Shown piece by piece: positions 12,801 through 24,841 of a stretch of 64,000 nt of DNA; the stretch's first letter is position 1; each line of letters opens with the position of its first letter. The DNA comes from Cyanophora paradoxa CCMP329 (taxonomy: Eukaryota; Plantae; Glaucophyta). The notes under the pieces were generated by a model. That model was not told the DNA's origin, searched no databases, and worked only from the letters and a program-made list of their open reading frames with translations. Both the position numbers and the translations under genes were made by a program. The stretch covers positions 37,847 through 101,846 of the forward strand of contig QPMI01000628.1 in assembly GCA_004431415.1 (NCBI GenBank). Reading direction: 5' to 3'.

Positions 12801-15503
12801 AGACGACGCTCTGCTTCGCGCTCGCCGCCCTCGCCCGCTGCCCCGAGGTCAGCGCCCTCCCCTCCCCCCCTCCCCCCCCCTTCTCGCGCACCAACCCCCT
12901 CTATCTACCCCCTACTCCTTTCCCTTCGCCCTCGCCCCCCATCCTCTCCGCAGCCTATAGGCTCCTCGCCTAGACCTGCCTCGCCCGCTGCCCCGAGCGT
13001 CGCGCAAGTTTATAGGGGTCAAATCCGCTCCGGGTACATAGCGCTGGTCCTACGGAACTAGCTATCGACAGCGCTGCCATCCGGAGGAGCATACGAGATA
13101 TATAGGGCGGGGCCGGGGGGGGGGGGGGGGGGGGGGGACAGCCGTCGCTTCAGGAACCGGATCGCGCCTATAATCGCGTACCCGTCGCCTGCCTCCGTCG
13201 CCGTCCTCCTTCCCTTCCCTCGATAGAACGTGAATCGTAAATTCGATCTGGCAGGTCGAGAGGGAGCTGCGAAACGACATGGACCGGGCCCTCGGCGGGC
13301 GTACCCCCACCTACGACGACATCCGCGGTCCGCCGCCGCGGTCTTAATTTAGATCTGCCGGCCTGCCAGGGAAGCCTTGGAGCCGGCGTTTCGAACCAGA
13401 TCCCGCAGCGCTGGGGCCGTTGGAGGCCTGCATGAAGGAGGTCCTGCGCCTGTACCCCGCCGCCGGCACCGGGTGCGCCCGCGCCCGTACCCCGCCCCGC
13501 CCCTCTCACCCCCGCACTCTCCCCCCCCGTGCACACACACGGCCGTACCCCGCCCCGCCCCGCCCCGCCCCCACCCCCCAGAAGCCGATACCGACGCCAC
13601 CGCCCCCCCGCAGAATCGTGCGGATGGCCCCGCCGGGGGGGATCGAGCTCGGGGGGTACAGGATCCCGGAGGGGAGGTGGATGGCGGCGTCCCCCTGGCA
13701 GGTGCCCGACCCCGCGCCCAGAGAGAGAGAGATGGATAGACAGACGGGAGCTCGCTCCTTGGCCGTAAAACCCTCACCGAGTTCAATCTTAGTCCTGAAT
13801 CAAAGATCCTCGTCGAGTTCCAATCTGAAGAACCTTATGAGCACGCCTTCATGTCTACTAGGCTAAGCCTTGAAGCTTGGGAAGAAGAAAGTAACTTTCG
13901 TAATCGAGCGTGAAAGATTCGCATCTGCTGGCCGCAGCTGCACCGCGACCCGCGGGTCTTCCCCGAGCCGGGGCGCTTCGCCCCGGCCTAAGACTAAGCT
14001 TAGACCTAATCTTTCTTCTTAAGATCTAGAACATTGCGCATGCGAAGAACAACCTAACAATCGTAATCAAGCTTAAGAAATCACACCCGCGGCTTATATA
14101 TATATGTCGCGCGCGCCCCCCGCAGCTGCACCGGGACCCGCGGGTCTTCCCCGAGCCGGAGCGCTTCCTCCCGCGCCGCTTCGCCGGGCGCGACGAGGCC
14201 CGTGACCGCGCGTGGATCGCCTTCGGGTGCGCCTTTGGCTCGGCTTTGAGCCAAACCAAAATAAATTGAGTTCTCTTACATGAGCTATGAAGCCTTAAGC
14301 TTAGAACTGAGCCTTATAATACGATTAGAGCCTCACGCTGGGCCTTACAACACGATTAGAGTCTATATCTCTGTACTGTGTTTGCGCTGTGAGACGCGCG
14401 CGCGCAGCGGGGGCCCGCGGATGTGCGCGGGGGCGCGCTTCGCGCAGGTCGAGTTCGTCGCCGCCCTCGCCTGCCTCCTCCAGGTGCCAGAGGGCTATTA
14501 ATAGCATGCAGCAGCGCCTGTCTCCCCTAGGCTATAGCTAGAAACTGCCTCTAGCGGACTCTAGATCACCACCTCCGCTAGAGGCGCCTGCCTCCTCCAG
14601 GTGCCAGAGGGCCAGACCCCCGATAGCTAGGCGAGATCTAGACCAGATCTACACAGACTAGAAATTCCCTTTAGTGGATATATAGAGACTCCCTCTGGCG
14701 GACTCTAATCAGCAACTTCGCTAGACCAGATCTAGATCTAGACAGACTTGAGATTTCTCATAGCTCCCCCCCCATAGCTCTAGATTTGGGCGCCAGACGT
14801 GCCCAGAGATCCCACGTGCACCTTATAATTACAGCTGGATAGAGAATATTAAAAGTATTCAGCAGCGCCTGCCTCCTCCGATCCAGGTGCGCATGCCAGA
14901 GACCAGCCTGGCAGAGACCAGCCTCCGGTAGAGGCGCTTCCTTGGCTGGGTAGCTTGCTTGCTCCGCGGCTCACCGAGCGGGCGGCCCCCCGCCCGGCGG
15001 GCGCGCGCAGCGGTACGAGGTGGAGGCGGCGCCGGAGGGGGCGCCCTGGCCCTACCCCTCCTTCGGCATGACCCTCGCGCCCCAGGTGCGAACGAAGGAA
15101 TCCAAGGCTGACGGAATCTTTGAGCAAGAGGGGCCCGGGTATAGGAATCTAGAGCGCGGAATTCTAGAGATCTCCCCCACTTCGCCTGCGCCTCCAGCTC
15201 CGCTTTCGTCGGGCGCCGCTGTCAATCTACTCTCATTACAAGAAAAGTCTTATGTAAGCGAAGGAACTTAAACACAGGAATCTATGGCTAGAGTTATAAA
15301 TACATAGATGTTCTCAATTTAGTCTTCGAAGTCGTTTTTAGTCTAGACCTTCGACTTCCCTCCGAGTCCCTCTGACCGGTACCGCGATCCTCGCGCTTCA
15401 GGCCGACTGCGCCGTGCGCCTCCGCCGCCGCGCGGCCGCGGCCGCGGCCGGGGGTGCGGCCGCGGGCGCCCCCGCGGCCCCGGAGCCGGAGCCCGAGGCG
15501 TAG
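9851..15503 (+). CDS. Cytochrome P450 (many short exons)
   Basis: N-terminal anchor MDSSQVLAVAVALTAC; PGPKTVPLLGNL; I-helix LLAGHDTT (12775); K-helix EACMKEVLRLYP (13420); PERF (14156); heme loop AFG/GGPRMCAG (14220/14408); last exon ...ADCAVRLRRR...EA* ends at 15503. Confidence 0.93.
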
Positions 15504-15917
15504 GCCCTCCTTGGCCCTTGCAGGGTTTCCGCCCGAGTTCCACGTGAGCACATGTGCTCCAGTGCCCAGCACTCGAGTATAAGTGCTCCAATTTTTGTTT
15601 TTGCAATGCCCAGCTGATCATGAGATCGATATCGATGTGCCAGCTGCATGCAAAGAGGGGCTGACCATGATCATGAGAGAGCTTGGGTCCCGGAGGGGCC
15701 ACGGATGCTTATAATTAATTATAAATATAGGTCGAGTTTAGGCCAAGCTAAATCCATCGGTGCGGCTCTAGCGCGAAATCCACCGCCCATTGAGCACTTC
15801 ACGGAAACTCTACGACGCAGGGGAAGTACTCGATAGGTTGAGGTTAGTTGAGGACGCATTATTATTGAGCACATTATAATTAGTTGAAGGACTCGATAGG
15901 CCTCGCTATAGGGGCAC

Positions 15918-16186
15918 GCAGACATCGATCGAGCAAAGCCGATTGCAATGCACTGTACATGTGGCTCGGTGGACCCGCCACGTGCAGTGCTGCGCTAGGG
16001 GCTCCGGGCGCCGTTCTCGCGGCCGCCGCCCGCCTCCTCCTCGTCGCTGAGGGGGGCGCCGCTGCTGAACTTGACCCGGAGCGGGGAGCCGCGGGCGGTG
16101 CGGAGGAGCCCGCCGATCCGCGGCGACTCGACGGCGGCGGCCGCCGCCGGGCTCGAGCCCGAGCGCGCGAGCCGCAGCGCCGCCTC
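15918..16186 (-). repeat. Inverted copy of the 3' end and 3' flank of the RING-kinase gene (30133-30389)
   Basis: Near-identical reverse complement, including EAALRLARSGSSP...RENGARSP* and the downstream GCAGACATCGATCGA. Confidence 0.9.
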
Positions 16187-16379
16187 TGATCCAGGCCATC
16201 CTCCCTGGTGGTCACGTGCCCCCAGGCCGCCTCGTGCCCGGGCTTGACCCCCCGCACCCCCCGAGCCGCCAACAGTTAATCGATCTAGACACCCCCTTCT
16301 TAAAAAAGTAGGGCCCCGGCCCGGCGGTGGGGGCAAAGTGCCGACGGGTAGCGAGAGGGGCGCTGTCATTTTGAAACAG
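16187..16379 (-). repeat. Second copy of the short dispersed repeat at 10-328
   Basis: TGATCCAGGC ... GGGGCGCTGTCATTTTGAAACAG matches the reverse complement of the ends of 10-328. Confidence 0.55.
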
Positions 16380-16644
16380 AAACGTCGCGCGCCGACGGGG
16401 GCCTGAGCTCGAGGTTCGCCCTCATTGCGGGGGACCTAGGGGGCGCGTGAAGCGGGGTACCGGCACCCATCCCCTCAGCAGTCCGTGAGGCCCTCACCGT
16501 CGGTCATCTGCGGGGGGTACGCGGGGCGTTAGGGGCCCCCGGGGGCGCCGGAAGGCGAGGGGGTCACTTCTCAGGTCAGCCACCGCCTATGCTTCGAGTC
16601 CTGCTTAGAATTAGCCCGCCGCGCTTGGCGGGAGCGAGCCCAGC

Positions 16645-17763
16645 CTAAGGAAGGTCCAAGCCCCGCGCCCCGCGCCGTTCTCGATACTCACCGGAGTGAA
16701 GACACCTGTGCAGGGCCGCCCGGCCGGGCACTAATATTAGAGGCAGGGGGGTACAAGCTGCGAGGGTGGGGAGGGGTGCGAACCCGATGGCTTCTCGACG
16801 CTGTACTTGCCTGCTCGGGGGAGGGGTACGTGAGCGGTTGGATAAGTGGAGGGGTACTGAGGACGCTGCAAACGTGCCTGTGCCATAGCCTGCAGGCCGG
16901 TCAGACGCAGTGTGATTCAGAGGGGGGAGGGGGGGAAAGGAGGTACTTACACTCGTAGCAGTGCGTGGTCTTCTCGCCGTTGCAGGCTGAAGGTGGGGGC
17001 ACGACGGTCGGCGGGCCGCCAATCGGAGGGGGGGGGGGGGGGGGGGGGGCGAAGGGGGTAAGGGGGCGCACAGAGGCAAGGCTTTCTGGAAAACGGACGC
17101 ATGTCTCCAACGCTGAAGTACGGGGTTACGCGGGAACGCCGCAGCAAAAAGCCGGGGCGCCCGCCCCGCGCACCCCTTACAGACGCCGCAGGTCACGATG
17201 CCAGTCCCATTGCACCGCTTGCAGGCGGGGAGCTACGCGGACAAGGACGTAAGCGCACGCACGCGCGCGAAGCAACATGTTAGAGGCTCGAAATGCGCGC
17301 GCACGGTCTCGAGCTCCTCGTCGTCGAAGCCCGGGAGGATGGGGCTCAAGAACTTCGCGGCGCTGAGGCCCAGGCGGTCCTCGATGGGCGGCAGCAGCGG
17401 CCATTCCTCGAGGTCCCCGAACCCCTTGGGCTTCCCGCTCTTCTTGTCCGCGCGGAACACGACCGGCCCGCCCGCGCCGACCGCCCCGCAGCAGCAGAAC
17501 TCAACTCTTCGCGCCAGGGCCCGTGCCGACCTGCAGCTGGCGTTCGCATGCTTCGAGGCGCCGCTAGAGCTGCTGCTCGCCGCCGCGGCGCGGGCGGGCG
17601 CCGCCGATGACTCGAACGCGGGAGCCGGTGCTGGATCGGCGCGGTCGAACCACTGCGGCCTACGCGTCCTGTGCGTGGCTAATCGCTGTGCGGATGCATC
17701 TGGAAGCGCGCCGCTGGCGGCCAGGCCGGCCGCGAGGCGGCTGATGTCGAGCGAGCCGATCAT
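16645..17763 (-). CDS. Protein with DnaJ-type CxxCxGxG zinc-finger repeats (multi-exon)
   Basis: Minus strand ~17165-17225 reads ACKRCNGTGIVTCGVCKG; a further exon ACNGEKTTHCYEC lies near 16950-16985. Confidence 0.5.
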
Positions 17764-18325
17764 AGGGCGCTGACCGCGGGCTGCAGCTGCCGAAGCCGAG
17801 CGCCCAGCTTAAAGAATCGGTAGGATCGTATGTCTTCGCTCTGGCTGCAAGAACGCCTCTACAGCTACCAGGCTAGCTGTGCAAGCCAAGCCGCCGAAGA
17901 AGCTGCGGTGGGGGGGGGGGGGGGGTGCCGGATTTCGGCCGCCGGGCCGCTGAAGCGCGTCGAAGAGAAGGGAGAGACGCCCGCGCGACGAAGGGATCGG
18001 AGAGATCTAGAGCCCTCCGAGGCTCGCCGATCGGGGGGTGCCGGATTTCCAAGTTCGGCCGCTGGACCGGAGCCTCGGAGCGTGTCGAAGCTTGAAGGGA
18101 GAGCTCGAGACGTCGACGCCCGCGACGAAGGAATCGGAGAGATCTAGCTAGATCTAGAGCCCTCTGCAGCGCATACGTCCAGTCCGCTCGCCGCTAGCGC
18201 TCCTGGCTCCGCTCATGCTGCGTCCGCCCCCTCGCCCGTGCTGCGAGCAGCCGCCCCTCCCGCCCTCGCAGCGGATCGCGTCTCTCGTCCTCTCGGCACA
18301 CAAACACACACACGCGCGCGCCACG

Positions 18326-21300
18326 CTATACGTCGCCGTCGTCCTCCTCGTCGTCGCCGCCCCTGCCGCCCTTGCGGCCGCCGCCGGCCCCCTGCCGAAG
18401 GTTCGCCATCGCTCGCAGGAACTTGTTCGGCGTCCAGACGTGCGTCGAGCCTGTCAGGCGGCGGGTTCGAATCCGGCGCGGGCCGGATGTGGGCGCAAGG
18501 GACGGGTACCGACGAGGATGTCGCGCTTGTTCGCGTTGGCCACTTCGTGCGCCGCCCGCGTCTCGCTGGGAGCGGCATCAGCGAAGTTGACGCTGGGGTC
18601 TAGGGGGTACGGGTCCACACCTGAAAGTCACGCCGCCCGCAACGAACACTATGACGCGGGGCCCCGTCACCGTCTCCTCCTGCGCCGCGGGTTCGGATCC
18701 GGGCGGGGATGTTTCCCCAAAGGGGGTACACGAGCCTTGCCCTTCTTGCCGGCGCCCCAGGAAGGCTTCTTCGTCGACCGGCGCTCCTCGGAGGCCGACG
18801 AGGAACCCGCCCCCGGCTGCACCTGCGTACCACCAGCACGAGTCAGGAGGGGTTGAGAGAGATGAAGGGGGGGGAGGAGGGGAGAGCAGGACCTTGCGCG
18901 TGTCGTAGAAGGGGTATGCGTCCGCAGGCAACTCGTCCTTCACGAGCTCCTTTGGGGGGGGGGGGGGGGTCAGCAGGAGGGTACGGAAGTTGCAGGACAC
19001 GAGGGGGGGTACGAGGGCCCACCTCGAGAATGGTGCGGAGGTGCGGCTGGTACCTCGAGAGCTCGTAGGGCACGTCGTCCGAGCGCTGCGGGGCGTGAGG
19101 GGGGGACCGGTGCAGGCGAAAAAAAAGCCTGGGGTACCCGCGTCTTCTTCCGCTTCTTCCCCCCGAAGAGTGACTTGGAGAGGCTCTTCTGGGGCTACGA
19201 GGGGGCGAGATCAGATCAGAAAAGATCGGATCGGATCAGATCGGATCAGATCAGATCAGATCAGGTGAGATCGAATTCGAACCTTGGCGATGGAGACGCC
19301 GATCTCCTTCAGGTTGAGCAGGGCGGCCTGGCCGGCCGGCTGGCGTCAGCCGCGGGGGGTACGTCGCGGGGCCTGCCCTCTCCCAGGACTAGGATTGAGC
19401 ACGCCTCCCATCCTCCTATCCGGCCGCGGGGTTCCCAAAGACGCCTCCCATCCTATCCGGCGCGCGCACCTGGTCGGGCTATCCCATCCTATCCCTCCCA
19501 GCCCTGGGCACGCCTCCCACCCTACCCGCCCCGCCTCCCATCCTCCCATCCTACCCGCTCTCAGCCTACCTGGTCGGCGAGGGTCAGGCCGGCGGACTTG
19601 AAGAGCTTGTCGCGGTCGCTCTCCTTGATGCCCTCCTGCGCGCGGCGCGGGCGGGGCGGGCGTGAGTGAGGCGGCGCGGCAAGTCGTCGCCTCCCGCGCA
19701 TTGTGCAGGGGAGCTGGGCGCTGGACCCCGCGCCCCTCTAGCTAGCAACTAGGCGCTGGACCCCGCACCCCCATCACCTGGGTGATGATGTAGATCATAA
19801 CTAGGGGACTAGGGGGACTAGCGCATGGAGCAAGGGACTAGGCGCTGGACCCCGCGCCCCTCCACCAAGTCCGGCGCCTCTACTCCCGACTCTCGCGGGC
19901 ACCTGGGTGATGATGTAGATCATGAGGAGGCGCATCTTGTCCTCCGGGGAGCGCGAGGTGTCGGCGAGCAGCGGGATCAGCGCGTTCACGAGGCCACGCG
20001 GCGCGTTCCCGTCCACGTCCTCCCCGCACGCCATGTCCTGCGCTCGCATCGGATCCGATCCGATCCGATCCGATCTGATCTAAGGCGGGGCTAGAGGCGG
20101 GGGTCGGGCGGGGCGCCCGGCCGACCTGCTTCTAAGATCTCAAAGCTTCGAAGATCTAATTATCATAGAAGAAGGAGGCGTCGGGGACCTGCTCGAGGCG
20201 GGAGAGCTTCTCGAGGTCTAAGCTTCTAGATCCCAGAGCTTCTAGATCCCAAAGCTTCTAAGACCTAAGATCTTCTAAGACCCAAGATAGATCTTCTTGG
20301 GTACCGGGCGGACCTGCTCGAGGCGGGAGAGCTTCTCGAGGTCGAGCTCGTGGAACTTGGCCATGCAGTTCTTCAGCAGCGTCATGTGCAGCGAGTACTG
20401 CGCGCGCGAGGAGCGTGAGAGGCAGAAGCGCAGCCGAGCATGCTAGGGTGCTAGGGTGCTAGGGTGCTAGGGTGCAAGGGCGCAGCGTTGCAGGCGTCGA
20501 GCTGCTAGAGCTAGAGGGCCGCCCGCCCAGCTAGGGGTCAAGCTGCTAGGGCTAGAGGGCCCAGAGAGCTAAAAGGCCCGAACGTGGAATCCAAACGAGG
20601 CGCGAATCTTAGCTCGAGCGGACCTTGGCGAGGAGCTCCTTGGCTAGGAATCTAAACTTAACCAAACTATCTCCAAATCCTGGGATCTACAGGGCGTACC
20701 TTGGCCAAGAGCTCCTTGGCCTGGGGCAGCGAGCGGATCGCCTCCATCATGTCCGAGAGCTCCTTCACCTCGCCCACCGACGCCCGCGCCGCCTTGTTGT
20801 TCTGCGCGGGATGGAAGGCCGAGGCCGAGCGGATCAGCGGGGGTTCTTCAGAAGGATCGGGTTACTGGAGCGGGCAGCAGAGATCAGGAATACTGCTAGA
20901 GTTCCGGTTGCCGCAGGCTGATACCGCCGAGCACTCTCCCCTAACCTCCAAGCGCCCTCGGCCCGCCCCGCGGCCCGCGGGGGCGGGGGCGGGGGAGGGG
21001 GCGGGGGCGGCTCGGGGAGGGCGGCCTCTTAGGCCGTAGGCCTCGTAGGCCGGATCTCTGATCTCTGATCTCAAAAGCGGACCTTGAGGTAGTCGTTGAA
21101 CTGGTCGACGACGGAGTTCATGCACTCCGCCACGTGGCTGTGCCGCAGCGTCTGAAGAAGAAGAGGAAGAAGAAGTCAGAAGAGCAGGGGTTGGGGGGGG
21201 GGGGGGGGGGGCGGTGGGGGCGAGGGGGTGGGGGGGTACTTCGCGGACCTGCCAGAGGGCGTCGTTCTCGCCCAGGACGACCTCGCGCTCCCCGGAGCCC

Positions 21301-24300
21301 GACGCCTGCGGCGAAAGGAACGGGTACGTGAGCGAGAGAGCCAGGGAAGCGGCGGGGGAGGGTGGCTGAGCCGGAGGGCTTGTGTCTTTTTATCCATCTC
21401 GTGGATCTCACTGTTAGCTTTTTGGGCCGCGCACCTTGCCCTTCTTGGCGCCGGAGCTGCTGCCCTCGTCGGCGGCCGGCGCGCCCTCCGCCTTCAGCCT
21501 GTCCCGAGATCGGATCAGATCGGATCGGATCAGATCAGATCAGATCTGACCTGATGCGGTCGCCGTCCTCGACGTCGAGCAGGTCGTAGACCATCGCCTG
21601 CGCGGACATAAGGCTCGAGAAGGCTGACAGGAGCGCGGCGGGGCGAGCGGGGGCCGGCCGGGCCGGGGCGGGGCCGGGCCGGGGCGGGCCGGGCCGGGGG
21701 CCGGGCGGGGGCAGCCGCCTTCGTGGGTGAAGCACGACCCGATAGATAACTCTCTCTTAGTTCTCTCTTAGGCGCTGGGCCGGGGGCGGGGGCGGGAGTC
21801 TGCCTGGTAGGGGTACTCGTGGGTTACTAGCAGACTAGTACGAGGACTAGTACGAGGCTTCGAACATCGTCTCTCGGGGGGCCGGGGGCGGGCGCGGGGG
21901 CGGGGGTTTGCCTGGTAGGAGTACTCGTGGGTGAGGCAGGCGACGGCGTCGACGGAGCGGTCCAGGATCAGCAGCGTCGCCGGCTGCGGCGCCGTCGCCT
22001 GCCCAAGGAGGAAGGGGAAGAGGTTAGGAGGCGCTGAAACACCCTCTTCCAAACTTAGACCTTAGACCCTTAAACCCTAAAGGGGAGGAGGTCGGGAGGC
22101 GGCGACCGGACGGGTCGCGCTGGAAGAAAGACCTCCCCCAGACTTTAGAACGTTAAAGCCTGGGAAACGGAGGGGAGGGGTCGGAGGCCGTAGTTGAGGA
22201 GGGACACGAGGCGTCCCAATGGCGTTCCTAGGGCCGCGCAGGACCCCTTCCCCCCCCCCCCCCCCCCGCCCCCTCCCCCCCTTCCCCCCGGGCGCGGCGG
22301 GCGGACCTTGATCACGCCGCTCTTGCAGGCGGCGGACCCTTAGACCCTTAGAACCTTAGAGCCCGGGGATCGGAGCTTGGATTAGAGCCCTTAGCGTCTT
22401 AGCTTCGGCTTCTTAAGCTTCATAGCATCAGAATCCCCTTGAGCTCGCTCTTAGCGACTTCACAGCGGCGGGCGGACCTTGATGACACCGCTCTTGCAGG
22501 CGGCGTCGATCTTGCTGGCGGCGAGCTTCGCCAGCTCGGCCGCGACCTGGCCGGCAGGGCGGGGCGGGGCGGGGCGGGGCGGGGCCGGCGTCAGTCACGC
22601 GGGCGAGGGGAGCTCGAGGGCAAGCTTAATTGAGAAGCCGGCGCTGAGCAGCTCGAGGATAGTCGCTCGCTAAGCTGACCGCTTGAGGAGCCCTAGCGCT
22701 TAGCGAGCTTGTGGAGCTCATGAAGCTAAAGCTTGAGTAACTCAAGAAGCCGAAGCTGGGATCGAGGGGCGGCTAAACTAGCTAAGCTGACCTGGGAGTG
22801 CGAGTCGTGGCGGACGACGGGCTATGAAGCTTAAGAATCGTTCGCTATGAAGCTATGAAGTTTCTAAGAGCGAGCTTAAGGAGATTATGATGCTATGAAG
22901 CTTAAGAAGCCGAAGCCAAGCGGACCTGGGAGTGGGAGTCGTAGCGGATGATGGGGTTCTCGCCCAGCGTTGCGCACAGCGTCATCAGCTGCGCCCCCGC
23001 CGGCGTCAGCGGGGGGCGGGAGGGAGGCGGGGCGAGCCGCCGAGCCCGGAGGCCGAGCTAGGAAAGCTGTAACGGAGGGAGGCGAGGAGAGCCGCCGAGC
23101 CCGGAGGCCGAGCCAAGGTAAATCGAAGCATCTAAGATGCAAGCCAAACTCGGCCCTTCTCGTTAGGCCTTAGCTTAAGCTGAGGCGGGCCGAGCGTGGC
23201 GTCTGCGCCCGTCTAGCCCGGATCGCCCCTCGCTCGCGCGCGTGAACCTTTTAAGGCCTCTAAGCCTCTAGATAGGCCCTGCTAGATAGGCCTCGAAGCA
23301 GAGGTGGGCCTAGCCTGGCGTCTCACGCGCCTGGACCATGGTGCGGTCCAGGAGCCCCCAGAGGCCGAGCTAAGTAGGTTAAACCGTAGCACCTAGGCTA
23401 GGCGAGCTAGGCGAAGCTGCAGCATCTAAGATGCAAACTAAACTTCTCAGTCTGGCCGGTGCGGTCCTTCTAGATGGGCCTCCAAGCAGACCTGGACCAT
23501 GGTGCGGTCCTTCTCGATGGCGGCCTCGCGCTTGCCCTGGAAGTCCGGCGAGAAGAGCAGCGCCAGCGAGTCCGGCAGCTCCTCCTGGGCTGCGAAGGGG
23601 GGTAAGGGGAGGACGGGGGGGAGAGGGGGAGGGGGGTACTGCGCACTCTTGGCGCCGCCGGTGCCCCAGAAGCGCAGGAGGTCGGGCGGGTCGAAGAGGA
23701 ACGTCGACCCCTTCTCGCTCCCCTCGTACGCTGATCCGATCCGATTCCAATCAGATCGAATTCTTCGAGTTCGAATTCGAATTCGAATCTTAAATTTGCG
23801 TACCCAGGAACTCGAGGTAGACCTCCTTGACCGTCCGGATGCGCTTGATGAGCGGATCGCACGTGCGCAGCTTGCGGAAGAGGTCGTCGCTGATCTCTGC
23901 GCAGCGGGCGGGCGTGTCAACAGGACGGAGAAGGACCGGCGGAGCGGAGCGGGCGCGGGCGCGGGCGCACTGGAGGTGATGAAGAGGTGGACGGCGGCGT
24001 ACTGGGGCCGCTTCGCGTCCTTAAAGTCTTCGCAGAGGGCGTCGATAGAGCGCGCCGTGGGCGAGATGATGTAGATCGCCTCCATCTGGGGGCGCAGCGC
24101 CCCGCGTCGGAAGGCTGCTGCGGGCGCGCGGCGCGGGCGCGGCGGCGGGTGGGCGGCGGGCGGACCTCGGAGAGCGGCTGGCGCTTGGCCTTGCCCTCCG
24201 GATCGATCTTTTCCACGACTGCGCGGCGCGGCGGTCGGCGGCGGGGCGGCGCGGCGCGCGGCGGGCGGCGCGGGCCGGGGCGCGGCGCGGCGCACGGGTC

Positions 24301-24565
24301 ACGCCCTCTTCCATGATATCATACATGCGGCAGGCGGCCGAGACGATGCGGAGCGTGACCGCATCGCAGACGACGACCTTCCAGCCGCTCGACGGCTTGA
24401 CAGAGCGCACGATGTCCTGCAGGAGCCCTGCGCCGCGCTCACAGTGAGTTGCCGCGCGGGAGAGGCGCGGCCGGCCGGCGCACTCTCTTTGACGAGCTCG
24501 CGGAGGCTGCGCGCGCGTGAGCGGGGGTTGGCGGCGGTCGGCGGTGGCGCGGCGGACCTCGGCAT
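18326..24565 (-). CDS. Sec1/Munc18 (SM) family syntaxin-binding protein (many exons)
   Basis: Exons read WKVVVCDAVTLRIVSAACRMYDIMEEGVT, MEAIYIISPT..SIDAL, LLILDRSVDAVACLTHEYSYQAMVYDLL, EQDMACG, EDKMRLLMIYI, YELSRYQP, RVIVFVAGGVTFSETRAAHEV and ILVGSTHVWTPNKFL, all typical Sec1/Munc18 motifs. Confidence 0.95.
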
Positions 24566-24841
24566 GATCAGATGGTCAGTGCTGTAGTCAGGGAGGTCCT
24601 CGAGCGGGAGGCCGATGCTCCGACGAGAGCCGTGGAGGTCCGAATGGGCCGGGTGGTCTGAGACAAACCCGTGCCCTGCGCCGCGGCGGACGTTGAGAGT
24701 TGTGCGAGGCCTCTTCGACCCCGGAGGCGCGCACCGTCGAGAAGACGAACGGAATCGGTTGCCCTACCTAGTGGTTCGTACTTCACGCTGAAAGCGGCGG
24801 CGAAAGGCGCGCAGTCAGAACCGAACAGAAGCGAGGCCGGG

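Noticed and set aside
10-16379. A single 16-kb transposon bounded by CTGTTTCA...TGAAACAG inverted ends
   Set aside because: No TSD, and homology covers two whole short repeats, so these are two copies of a small element.
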